Assembly (NCBI GenBank): GCA_963835985.1 | Contig: CAWIHV010000004.1 | Span: 22,952 to 86,951, forward strand | From: an uncultured Actinomycetes bacterium | GTDB taxonomy: Bacteria; Actinomycetota; Acidimicrobiia; IMCC26256; DASPTH01 | DNA: 64,000 nt | Direction: 5' to 3' | Shown here: one piece after another, positions 53,238 to 62,733 of the stretch | How the letters are laid out: every line of letters begins with the position of its first letter | How positions within the stretch are numbered: the stretch's first letter is position 1 | Translations under genes and position numbers: made by a program | Notes under the pieces: generated by a model | Told to the model about the DNA's origin: nothing | Databases searched by the model: none | The model's input: the letters and a program-made list of their open reading frames with translations, nothing else

Positions 53238-54633
53238 CGTCCACCACCTCCGACTCCTCGACTGACGCGACTTCGCTCGGATAATGCCTCATCGCGACCA
53301 TCAGGCACACCGAGCTCGCTGCCAGCAACGGCAACAGGACCAGGAAGGCGAGCTGCAACCCTGCCGCACCACCCCCACCCAGCTCGCTCGACAGCACGCC
53401 GAACACGAGGGGTGCCGATGCCTGGGCCGCAACCCGGGCGATCATCCGGGCGCTCTCCGTGCGGCCCCGGAGCTGCGGATGCACCACATCGAGGCGGGCG
53501 GCTTCCAACGGTGCGATCGGCGCGGTGAGGAATCCGCCGGCGAGCACGAGGAACGGCAGCGCGACCGCGAGCGACGAGACCACGAACACGGGCACGAGCA
53601 GGATCGACGCCACCAGGTAGCTCCACGCACCCAGGCGGATGCGCCCGGTCAGCACGCCCCGCTCGATGAGCGAGTCGCCCAGCCGACCTCCGGCCAACAC
53701 ACCGACGAACCCGCCGACGCCCACCAGCGGGATGAGGATCGACGCCTCCGACGCCGAGATGCCGAACTGCTCCACGAGGAACAGCACGCCGAACACCTGC
53801 AGCGCGGTGAAGAAGACGTCGCCCAACGCGGCCGCGGCGATGATCATCACCACCGACCTCACCTGGAACACGTATTCCATCGCCGGCTTGAGCGCCAGCT
53901 CCGACTGGTCGCCCTCGAGGACGAGCTCCTCCTTCGGTTCGACGTCCTGCTCGTCGATCAGCTCCGCGAGCTGCGTCGGCGCGTCGACGCCGCGCTCGTC
54001 GCCACGACGGTCGTTCTCGCCGCCCCGACGCGGCTCGGGCACGCGGGCGACCGCCCACGCGACGATCACCCCGAGGATCGCGAGCACCACGAACACGCCG
54101 CGCCACGACGTGAGCCACACCACCACGCCGGCGACGAGGAACCCTGCGCCCGCACCGACGAGCTCGCCGCTCTTCACCCATCCGAGCACGCGGCTGCGCA
54201 CGTCGGCGGGGAACAGGTCACCGATCACCGAGGTGATCGGTGGCCCGCCCGCGGCGGTGAGCACGCCGAGCGTGACCCTCGCCGCGAAGAGCAGCGCGAA
54301 CGACCACGCCGCGGCGGCGAGACCCATCGCGAGGCACCAGATGCCGATGCAGACGACGAGGATGGTGATGCGCCGGGCGCGGTCGGTGAGGATGCCGATC
54401 GGGACGATGGCAATGGCGCCGACGATCGCGAACGCGCTGGCCAGGAGTCCGATCGCGGCGTTGCCCACGGCGAACTCGGCCATGAGCGCCGGGGCGAGCG
54501 CGCCGAGCGCAGTCCGGTCGGCCCCGTCGAGCGCGAGCACCGCCGCCATCGCCAGCATCGCCCAACGCCGCGCCGGATCCTGCAGCGTCGACCCGTCGGC
54601 GCGCTGCACGGAGGAGTCGGGCACGACGAACAA
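53230..54633 (-). CDS. MFS transporter
   Basis: Intact 467 aa with 12 hydrophobic segments and a long charged central loop. The GILTDRARRITIL motif is in the loop 2-3 position. Overlaps the downstream flippase-like gene start by 8 nt. Confidence 0.88.
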   Translation of the reverse strand: MFVVPDSSVQRADGSTLQDPARRWAMLAMAAVLALDGADRTALGALAPALMAEFAVGNAAIGLLASAFAIVGAIAIVPIGILTDRARRITILVVCIGIWCLAMGLAAAAWSFALLFAARVTLGVLTAAGGPPITSVIGDLFPADVRSRVLGWVKSGELVGAGAGFLVAGVVVWLTSWRGVFVVLAILGVIVAWAVARVPEPRRGGENDRRGDERGVDAPTQLAELIDEQDVEPKEELVLEGDQSELALKPAMEYVFQVRSVVMIIAAAALGDVFFTALQVFGVLFLVEQFGISASEASILIPLVGVGGFVGVLAGGRLGDSLIERGVLTGRIRLGAWSYLVASILLVPVFVVSSLAVALPFLVLAGGFLTAPIAPLEAARLDVVHPQLRGRTESARMIARVAAQASAPLVFGVLSSELGGGGAAGLQLAFLVLLPLLAASSVCLMVAMRHYPSEVASVEESEVVDDA

Positions 54634-54692
54634 GATGCCCGAAGCGGTGCATCGGGAACCCTCGGAGCCGAGGAGCGTTATCGTCCGCGCCC

Positions 54693-55055
54693 ATGACCTT
54701 CAACGAGGCGATGGAGGACATCGCCAAGTGCTTCGAGGTGGCGGGCGTCGCCGTGCTCGTCGTCGGGTTCGTGCTCGGGTTCGTCCACGCCGGGATCACG
54801 TACGTGCGCGGCAGCGAGCGCGCCGGGATCTACCGCACGATGCGGAGCTTCGTCGGACGCACGATCCTGCTCAGCCTCGAGATCCTCGTCGCCGCCGACC
54901 TCATTCGCACGGTCGCCGTCGACCCGTCGCTCGAGAACGTCGCGTCGCTGGCGGTGATCGTGCTGATCCGGACCGTGCTCAGCTTCTCGCTCGACGTCGA
55001 GATCGAGGGGCGACTGCCGTGGCGGGCGCCCTCACCCAAGACCGCCGAGGAGTGA
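54693..55055 (+). CDS. DUF1622-domain membrane protein
   Basis: 120 aa. GRTILLSLEILVAADLIRTVAV ... LAVIVLIRTVLSFSLDVEIEGRLPW. Confidence 0.75.
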   Translation: MTFNEAMEDIAKCFEVAGVAVLVVGFVLGFVHAGITYVRGSERAGIYRTMRSFVGRTILLSLEILVAADLIRTVAVDPSLENVASLAVIVLIRTVLSFSLDVEIEGRLPWRAPSPKTAEE

Positions 55056-55079
55056 GGCGCCGGGCGTTACCGTGCACGC

Positions 55080-57991
55080 ATGCCGCGTGGGCGCCCTGGC
55101 GGGACGGTGACCTTCCTGTTCACCGGTATCGACGACGCCACGCGTCCCTGGGGTGAGGGAGGAGGCGACACGGCCGCCGCGCTGCGGGTCCACGACGGCA
55201 TCGTGCGGAGCACGATCGAACGTCACGGCGGCTACGTGTTCGGCATCGGCGACGACGGCTTCTCCTCGGCGTTCTCGAGCGCCGCCGACGCCGCGACCGC
55301 CGCGATCGAGGCGCAGGAGCTGCTGCGCGACGACGAGACCGTCGACTTCGCGGTCCGCATGGGCGTCCACACCGGCGACGCGACCGAGCGCGATCGGACC
55401 TACGTGGGCAGCGAGGTGAGCCGCACCGCGCGCCTGCTGTCGTTGGCGCACGGGGGTCAGGTGCTCGTGTCCGACGCCGCCGAGGTGCTGTTGCGCGACC
55501 GCGTCACACTGCGTTCGCTGGGCGAGCACCGGCTCCGCGGTCGACACGGTCGCATGTCGGTGTACCAGGTCGTCGTCGACGGGCTCCCGGTCGACTTCCC
55601 CGTGTTGCGCAGCGTCGACGACTTCCGCGGGAACCTCCCGGTCCAGCTCACGTCATTGGTGGGGCGGGAGCCGGTGGTCGCCGAGGTCGCCGAGCTCGTG
55701 CGGTCGGGTCCGCTCGTGACCCTGACCGGTGTCGGCGGAGTGGGCAAGACGCGGCTCTCGGTGGAGGTGGGCGCCGAGGTGGCGGCCGAGTTCCCCGACG
55801 GCGTGTGGCTCATCGACCTGGCGGCCGTGGGCGACCCGGCGTCGGTGCCGGCCGCGTTCGCGACGGTGCTCGGCATCACCCCCCAGGGCGACACTCCGCT
55901 GGTCGACACGATCGCGGAGACGCTCGGAGGCCGGCAGCTGCTCCTCGTCGTGGACAACTGCGAGCACCTCGTGCCCGCAGTGGGGTTGGTGCTCGACGCG
56001 ATCCTCGCGTCCTCTCGCACCGTCAGGATCCTCGCCACGTCTCGTGAGGTCCTCGGACTCGACGACGAGGTGTCGTTCACCGTCGCTCCCCTTGCCCTCG
56101 ACGGCCGTGAGTCGTCCGATGCCGTGGCCCTCTTCGTCGACCGTGCGCGCGCGGTGCGCCCCGACTTCGGGCTCCGAGAACCGGAGACGGCGGTCGCGGT
56201 GACCGAGATCTGCGAGACGCTCGACGGCCTCCCGCTCGGCATCGAGCTCGCCGCGGCGCGCATGGCCGCGATGAGCGCCCTCGAGGTGCGCGACCGTCTC
56301 GCCGACCGATTCCGGCTGTTGCAGGGCTCGGCGCCCGCGCCGAACCGTCAGCTCACGCTCCACCACACCGTGGAGTGGTCCTACGACCTCCTCACCGAGG
56401 ACGAGCAGGAGCTACTGCGCTCGACGGCGGTCTTCGCCGGCGGATTCGAGCTCCTGAGCGCCGTCGACGTCGTCGCGCGCGGTGACGACGTCGACGTCCT
56501 CCGCCACCTCGACTCGTTGGTCCGCAAGTCGCTCGTCGTCGCCGATCACACCGCGACCAGCACCCGGTACCGGCAGTTCGAGACCATCCGTCAGTTCGCG
56601 GAGGACCGGCTCGCGGAGGCGGGCGCGCTCGAACCGACGCGGCGCCGGCATGCCGAGCACTTCTCGCGCGCGGCGGCGGCACGCTGGGAGCACTGGGACG
56701 GGCCCGGGTGGCGCGACGCCGTCGACTGGGTGGACCGCGAGCTCGGGAACCTGCGCGCCGCGTACCGTTGGAGCGCGCGCCGGAACGAGGTGGCGGTCGC
56801 CACCGACATCGCCGCGCACGCCGCGTTGATGGGGTTCTCGGTCCAGCTGTTCGAGACGCTCGCGTGGGCCGAGGAGCTGTTGGAGCCGGCGAGCACCGCC
56901 GACGTGCCGCGGCTGCCGCGCCTCTACACCGGCGCCGGGTACGCGTGCTTCGTGGGGCGCGCCGAAGCCGCGCGCGACCACGCCCACCGGGCAACCGAGC
57001 TCGAGTCCGACTCACGGTACGAAGCGTGCGAACCCGGCTACGCGTCGTTCATCGAAGCCTTGGGCTCCGTGTACTGCGGCGACCTGCCACGCTACGTGGA
57101 GCTCACCGAGGAGGTGGCCCACCGGTACGGCCGGGCACGGGGCTACGGCCTGGCCGCCTACGTCGACGGCCTGCAGTCGAGTGGTCGGGTCGAGGAAGCG
57201 CTCGCGCTCACCGAAGAGTCGGTCGACGCCGCGCGTGCCCTCGGCAACCCGTACTGGATCTCGTACGCGCTCTGGATCGCGGGCATGGCGTTCTCCAAGT
57301 CCGACGTCGGTCGTGCGTTCGCAGCCTGGGACGAAGGCGTGACCTTCGTGCGCGAGCACCGCGTGCACTTCTTCGAAGGGTTCCTGGCTCGTGACGCGGC
57401 CCGCCTCCACACCTCACACGGCGAGGCCGAGACCGCGTTGGTCCTGTTCGCCGACGCCATCAGTGCGTTCCAACGAGCCGGCAACGTGCCGCAGCTCGTC
57501 ATCACCCTCGCCAGCGTGCCGGCGCTGTTCGAGCGGCTCGAGCGTCTCGCCCCGGCCGCGATGTTGCTCGGCGCGTTGTCGCGGGAGTCCTCGAGCCGTC
57601 ACCACGTCCCCGAGCTCGGCGATCTCCACGACCGGATCCGAGCGAAGCTCGGCACCGCGCGGGCCGAGGAGCTGCACGCGGCGGGCGCGAGACTCGACCT
57701 GCACGGCGCGGCCGTGTACGCGCGCCAGCAGATCGAGGTGGCGCGACGCGATCCACCGCCCCCGCGCGGGAAGCGCGACCAGGTGGCCTGAGCCGACGCG
57801 AGCTGGAGGTCCTCCGTCTCGTCTCGGACGGCAAGACCGCGGCGGAGATCGCCTCGCAGCTGTTCATCTCGACGCGCACCGCCGAGCACCACGTCTCGAA
57901 CATCTACACGAAGATCGGCGTCTCCAGCCGTGCCGCGGCCACCCGCTGGGCGATCGCCCACGAGGTCGTCGGGAACGAGGGAAATAGGTAG
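55080..57991 (+). CDS. Large LuxR-family regulator: class III cyclase-homology domain + AAA/NB-ARC-like ATPase + TPR-like region + C-terminal LuxR HTH; one base missing between 57759 and ~57787
   Basis: VTFLFTGIDDATRPW...GDDGFSSAF...VRMGVHTGDA (cyclase fold), LTGVGGVGKTRL (P-loop), LLVVDNCEHL (Walker B). The ORF stops at 57791, but frame -1 continues as LSRRELEVLRLVSDGKTAAEIASQLFISTRTAEHHVSNIYTKIGVSSRAAATRWA to the TAG at 57989-57991. Corrected length is 970 aa. Confidence 0.85.
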
Positions 57992-58096
57992 GACTACCGA
58001 TGTGGCGCGCCGCGCCGATCCGGAGAATGACCCCTGACGCCCGACCAACCGGCGGGCGGGACGAGATCCACTGCGATCCACTCCGAAGGGGAAGTC

Positions 58097-58369
58097 ATGA
58101 TCCTGGCAACGACACAGGTCGAGGACATCGAGCGGTTCCTCGACGTCTTCAGCACGAAGGGCGCCGAGAAGCGCGCCGAGCACGGCAGCACGGGCGCGAA
58201 CGTGTTCCGCGACCCGACCGAGGAGAACCGCGTGTGGGTCCTCTTCGACTGGGACGAGGCCGGGTGGGCGAACTTCGTCTCCGACCCCGAGGTCCTGCCG
58301 ATCATCAAGGAAGCGGGACACCTGGACAAGCCGCAGGCCGCCGTCTTCCTCGGCACCTACCGGGCGTGA
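58097..58369 (+). CDS. Small hypothetical protein (possibly dimeric alpha/beta-barrel-like)
   Basis: Intact 90-aa ORF with normal composition. Ends 10 nt before the AmiC-like gene (probable operon). No motif I can name. Confidence 0.55.
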   Translation: MILATTQVEDIERFLDVFSTKGAEKRAEHGSTGANVFRDPTEENRVWVLFDWDEAGWANFVSDPEVLPIIKEAGHLDKPQAAVFLGTYRA

Positions 58370-58379
58370 GGGGGCGACG

Positions 58380-59498
58380 ATGAGCACGATCAACCGTCCC
58401 GCGCGCGTCGGTCTCGTCACCGATCAGACCGGCCCGCTCTCGTTCATGGGCATCGCCAACGCCAACGTCGCCAAGATGGTGATCGACGACATCAACGAGC
58501 GCGGCGGCCTGCTCGGCCGTCCGGTCGAGCTCTTCGTGGAAGACAGCGCGACCGACGACACGGTCGCCGAAGCGGTCGCGAGGAAGCTGGTCGAGCGGGT
58601 GGGCGTCGACGTGGTCGTCGGCGGCATCTACAGCTCGACGCGTCAGGCCATCAAGGGACCGGTCGTCGACCGGGCCGAGAAGCTCTACCTCTACCCCGAG
58701 CAGTACGAGGGCCAGGAGTGCCACCCGCTCATCTTCTGCACCGGCCCGGTGCCGGCCCAGCAGGTGGATCCGCTCTTCCCGTGGCTGATGGAGAGGACCG
58801 GGGCCCGGAAGTTCTACCTGCCGTCGGCCGACTACATCTGGCCGCACACACTGAACAAGAAGGTCCGTGAGGTGGTCACCGCCCGGGGCGGCGAGATCGT
58901 CGGCGAGCAGTACTTCCCGATGGACCACATGGACTACGAGCAGGTCGTCGCCGACATCATGGCGACGGACGCCGAGGTCGTGTTCAACACCATCGTCCCA
59001 CCGGGGCTGACGCCGTTCCTCGAGGAATTGCACCGCGCCGGCTTCACGGCGCGGGGTGGCACCGTCGTGTGCACCTACTTCGACGAGAACTTCCTGAACC
59101 TGGTCCCGGCCGAGCAGGTCGAAGGGCTGTACGGGTGCCTCGACTACTACCGCAGCGTCGACGACGCGTTCAGCATCGAGCTCCTCAACCGGTACGAGGG
59201 GCTGTTCCCGGGGAGTGCACTGTTCACGGCGGGGAGCGCGTGCACGGGCACGTACCGCGCACTCAAGTTCTGGGAGGCGGCGGTGAACGAAGCCGGTTCG
59301 CTCAACCAGGACGACATCATCACGGAACTGGACCACGCCCGGATCACACAGGGCCCGGGCGGCCCCGCCGAGATGGTGCCCGGACAGCACCACGTACGCA
59401 TGAACATGTACATCGCCCGGTCCGAGGGCGGCGCGTTCAACGTGGTGAAGAGCCTGGGGCACATCGATCCCGACGAGTGCGAGGTCGAGCGCACGTGA
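58380..59498 (+). CDS. AmiC-like type-1 periplasmic-binding-fold protein without signal peptide (cytoplasmic ligand sensor?)
   Basis: 372 aa. RVGLVTDQTGPLSFMGIANANVAKMVIDDINERGGLLGRPVELFVEDSATDD ... VVVGGIYSSTRQA ... YLPSADYIWPH resembles AmiC/urea-amide binding proteins. The N-terminus is not hydrophobic. Confidence 0.8.
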   Translation: MSTINRPARVGLVTDQTGPLSFMGIANANVAKMVIDDINERGGLLGRPVELFVEDSATDDTVAEAVARKLVERVGVDVVVGGIYSSTRQAIKGPVVDRAEKLYLYPEQYEGQECHPLIFCTGPVPAQQVDPLFPWLMERTGARKFYLPSADYIWPHTLNKKVREVVTARGGEIVGEQYFPMDHMDYEQVVADIMATDAEVVFNTIVPPGLTPFLEELHRAGFTARGGTVVCTYFDENFLNLVPAEQVEGLYGCLDYYRSVDDAFSIELLNRYEGLFPGSALFTAGSACTGTYRALKFWEAAVNEAGSLNQDDIITELDHARITQGPGGPAEMVPGQHHVRMNMYIARSEGGAFNVVKSLGHIDPDECEVERT

Positions 59499-59556
59499 TC
59501 TCCGCCCGCCCGGGTGGCGCATGGGAGTACCGTCATCCGGGCGGAGGAGGTCGACC

Positions 59557-60129
59557 ATGAGTGACCTGTCGTTGCTCGAGTACTCGCTCGACGAACTGCG
59601 CCGCTCGGTCGCCGCGATCGGCGACGACGAGATGGACATCGTCACGAATTGCGAACCTTGGACGGTCCGGCGGCTGGCCAGCCACGCGCTGAACAACCAG
59701 TTGTTCTGGGGCGGCGTGGTGACGGGCGACCAGCCGGTGTCGTTCGAGGCGACGATGGGCGCGGTGCCCTACGACGGCGACCTCGCGCAGTACGCCGACG
59801 AGGTGGTCGGTCGGGCGCTGGCGATGTGGAACACCGATGGCGTGCTCGACGCGACCCACGTCACGCCGCTCGGCGAGCTCCCCGGTGCGGCGGTGATCAA
59901 CTTCGCGATCATCGACGCGCTGTGTCACGCCTGGGATCTCGCGGCCAGCACCGGACGGCCCATCCAGTTCACGGACGAGAGGATCCCGACGATCGCGGTG
60001 GTGGTCGAGGCGACGTGCACCGACGCGGCGCGCGACCACGACCTCATCAAGCCGGTGGCCCCCACGGCTGCCGATGCGACCGACACCGAACGGCTCATGG
60101 CGCTCGCGGGGAGGGTCACCCCTCGCTGA
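59557..60129 (+). CDS. DinB/mycothiol-dependent-isomerase-like (TIGR03086-type) protein
   Basis: ATG at 59557 after GGAGGAGG. PWTVRRLASHALNNQLFW ... IIDALCHAWDLAASTG ... TDTERLMALAGR. Confidence 0.75.
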   Translation: MSDLSLLEYSLDELRRSVAAIGDDEMDIVTNCEPWTVRRLASHALNNQLFWGGVVTGDQPVSFEATMGAVPYDGDLAQYADEVVGRALAMWNTDGVLDATHVTPLGELPGAAVINFAIIDALCHAWDLAASTGRPIQFTDERIPTIAVVVEATCTDAARDHDLIKPVAPTAADATDTERLMALAGRVTPR

Positions 60130-60135
60130 GCCTGG

Positions 60136-60903
60136 TCACGACGCGCGAGCAACCGCTTCGATCGCGGCGACCACCGTGTCGGGGTCCTTGCTCAGGATCT
60201 GCGTGTGCTTGCGCGGCGAGGTGGCGAACACCGACACGCGCGCATTCACCGACTCCGCGACCGTGACCGCTCCTCGCGACGTGCGCATCTCCTCCTCGGT
60301 GGCGCCCGAGTGCGCGCCGGTTCCCACCACGAACATCGTCGGGCATGCCAACGCGGCAAAGTCCGAGGCGAGCTCGCCGTTGACCGCGTCCATCTCGATG
60401 ACGACGTTCGCCGACTCGTCCGGCGACATCCGCGCCGACCGGCCGAATGCGGCCATGATGCGCATGAGCCATCCCAGCCGTCGGAACTGCGTGCGCACCT
60501 TCTCCTTCCCTGCGTCGTCGAGCATCGCGACCGGGTAGGCGCCGTCGATCAGCACCAGCCCGCCGACATCGTCAGGATGCTGCGCGGCGTAGCGGACCGC
60601 GATGGTGGCGCCGTGCGACCATCCCACCAGGATCGGACGTTCGATGCCCGTCGCCGCGATGACGCGTTCGACGTCGTCGGCCGCGGCCTGCACCGAGTAG
60701 TCGCCCGACGTGCTCGACTTGCCGCGCCCACGGGCGTCGAACCTGACGCAGTGGAACCTCCCGTCGAGGCGCTCGACGACCCGGTTCCAGTTCTGGACCG
60801 TGGCGAACGCGCCGTTGAGGAACACGAGGGGCGGTGGACCGCCCGGGGTCTCGACGGTGAAGAGCTGGCTGTCGGTGGTGGGGATGGTGAGCTGTCGGGT
60901 CAT
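60136..60903 (-). CDS. Alpha/beta hydrolase
   Basis: From the ATG at 60903 (MTRQLTIPTTDSQLFTVETPGGPPPLVFLNGAF). Nucleophile elbow VGWSHGA. 255 aa. Confidence 0.82.
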   Translation of the reverse strand: MTRQLTIPTTDSQLFTVETPGGPPPLVFLNGAFATVQNWNRVVERLDGRFHCVRFDARGRGKSSTSGDYSVQAAADDVERVIAATGIERPILVGWSHGATIAVRYAAQHPDDVGGLVLIDGAYPVAMLDDAGKEKVRTQFRRLGWLMRIMAAFGRSARMSPDESANVVIEMDAVNGELASDFAALACPTMFVVGTGAHSGATEEEMRTSRGAVTVAESVNARVSVFATSPRKHTQILSKDPDTVVAAIEAVARAS

Positions 60904-61015
60904 GAGGTCGCTCCCTTCGACATCGGGTGCGCGGGCGCGCCCAAACGGCACCGCAGTGGGATACCCAGACGCGGCACCCGCGTCACCGACCCGCAACCGA
61001 GGTTGCAGGATCGGG

Positions 61016-62014
61016 CTACGAGCCGGTCAGCAGGCGGCGGGGGTTGTCGACGAAGATCGTCTCGAGGTCGGCGTCGGTGACGCCCCGCTCACGCAGCTTC
61101 GGTGCGAAGTCGGTGACGATGTACGTGTACGGGCGTTGCCAGACCTGCCACGAGATCTGCTCCCGACGGGCCGCCGCGGCCTCGCGGTGCTCCGGGGGCA
61201 CGTAGAAGCTCGGGCGCGGCGCGGTGAGCGCGCAGATGTGGTCTTGCGACAGGCACACCTGCGACGTGTATCCCTCGCGCACCAGCGCGGCGACGTGGTC
61301 GGCGCGCCGCTCGTCGGGGGCGATGATCTCGAGCCCGATGCGGTCGACCCCCACGAACGTGCCGCGCTCGGCGAGCTTGCGGATCGGCGCGACGTCAGTC
61401 TGCTCGTCCTGGTGACCGATGAGCACGCGACCGAGCTCAGCGCCGCCGTCGGCAAAGTGGTCCTGCTGCACGTCGCCGTGTCGCGAGTTCTCGGTGTGCG
61501 TGATGATGGCGCAACCCACCTCGTGCTGCGCGATGGCAGCACCGGTGAGGCAGCGCGACTCGGCGCCGGTCACCTCGGTGCCGGTCGCCGCCTTGATCGC
61601 ACCGGCCCGGATGCCACCGGTGCTCGCGATCCCCTCCTGCAGCTCCTGCACGTAGAGCTCGGCGATCTCCTCGGGGTCGCGCGCTCGCCAGTAGATGGGA
61701 AGCCCCCATCCGAGGTGCTCGGTGTAGAAGCCGGTGGTGCACACGATCTGCATGCCCGAACGCTGCGCGATCTCGGCGTAGAGCTCGGGATCACGACCCA
61801 GCTCGATCGGGCACGGGTCGACGAACGTCGTGAAGCCGGCATCGAGGAGCTCGGCCATCTTGTCGACCGCGCGCTCGACGGTCTCGGCGCGATCCCACGA
61901 GTACGTGGGGTCGAGCTCCTCACCGTTGTACGAGATGCGGATGTGCTCGTGGACGAGCGTGCGCCCGAGGTCGGCGCCGTCGACCGGACCGGTGACGGTC
62001 TGCACGGTGGCCAT
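61016..62014 (-). CDS. Phosphotriesterase-family protein (PTE-like lactonase candidate)
   Basis: 332 aa. All binuclear-metal ligand positions are readable: TLVHEHIRIS (HxH), GAIKAATG (Lys), AIITHTEN (His), VLIGHQDE (His), CLSQDHI (Asp). Confidence 0.88.
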   Translation of the reverse strand: MATVQTVTGPVDGADLGRTLVHEHIRISYNGEELDPTYSWDRAETVERAVDKMAELLDAGFTTFVDPCPIELGRDPELYAEIAQRSGMQIVCTTGFYTEHLGWGLPIYWRARDPEEIAELYVQELQEGIASTGGIRAGAIKAATGTEVTGAESRCLTGAAIAQHEVGCAIITHTENSRHGDVQQDHFADGGAELGRVLIGHQDEQTDVAPIRKLAERGTFVGVDRIGLEIIAPDERRADHVAALVREGYTSQVCLSQDHICALTAPRPSFYVPPEHREAAAARREQISWQVWQRPYTYIVTDFAPKLRERGVTDADLETIFVDNPRRLLTGS

Positions 62015-62706
62015 CAGCTCACACCTCCTTCATCACTCGCGGCGAGATCGGTGAGCAGGTCGGCCACCAGCTCGGGGCGCGACAGCATCGGCGAGTGGCT
62101 GGTGCCCCACTCGACGACGTGGTCGGCGTTGGTGGCCATCTTTCGCTGCGACTCCGGCGCGATGGTCTGGTCGTCGGTGCACACGACGTACGTCGACTCG
62201 ATCTGCTTCCACGCGGCCGGCGGCGGGTCGTCTTCCTCCTGCACGACGCCGAAGCCCATCCCGCGCAGGTGGCTCACCGCGGTCGCGGTGAGCTCCTCGT
62301 CGCAGTCGTGGTAGAAGACCGCCGGCGCGACGGTCGGATCGACGCTCATCGCCCCGTCGTCACCGTGGACCAGCGACGACATGAGCTCGTCGGATGTGGT
62401 CATCGCAGTGGCGAGGTCGACGTCCTCACCGACCTGCACCGCACACAGGTACACGAGGTGCGCGACGTCGTCGCGTCCGCTCGCGGCGCGGGAGATGACC
62501 ATCCCGCCGTACGAGTGGCCCATCAGCACGACGGGCCCATCGATGGCGTCGAGCAACTTCCCCACCGCCTCGGCGTCGCCGGCCAGACCGGTGAAGGGGA
62601 GGTCGAGGGCCTGGTTGGCCACGCCCCGTTCGTCGAGCTGTTGGCGCACCAGCTCCCAGCACCAACCGTCGTGGAACGCACCGTGCACGAGCACCACCGT
62701 CGTCAT
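62014..62706 (-). CDS. Alpha/beta hydrolase (esterase, salicylate-esterase-like fold)
   Basis: 230 aa. MTTVVLVHGAFHDGWCW, nucleophile elbow MGHSYGG, C-terminal TSHSPMLSRPE. Confidence 0.85.
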   Translation of the reverse strand: MTTVVLVHGAFHDGWCWELVRQQLDERGVANQALDLPFTGLAGDAEAVGKLLDAIDGPVVLMGHSYGGMVISRAASGRDDVAHLVYLCAVQVGEDVDLATAMTTSDELMSSLVHGDDGAMSVDPTVAPAVFYHDCDEELTATAVSHLRGMGFGVVQEEDDPPPAAWKQIESTYVVCTDDQTIAPESQRKMATNADHVVEWGTSHSPMLSRPELVADLLTDLAASDEGGVS

Positions 62707-62733
62707 GCCACCCCTCTCGTCATGGTGGCGACG

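Noticed and set aside
60352-60363. A 12-mer cgcggcaaagtc identical to the 5' end of repeat copy B.
   Set aside because: It lies inside the alpha/beta hydrolase coding sequence (encodes ...DFAALAC...) and is not followed by the TGRCACG or CTTTGG parts of the element. Treated as a chance match.
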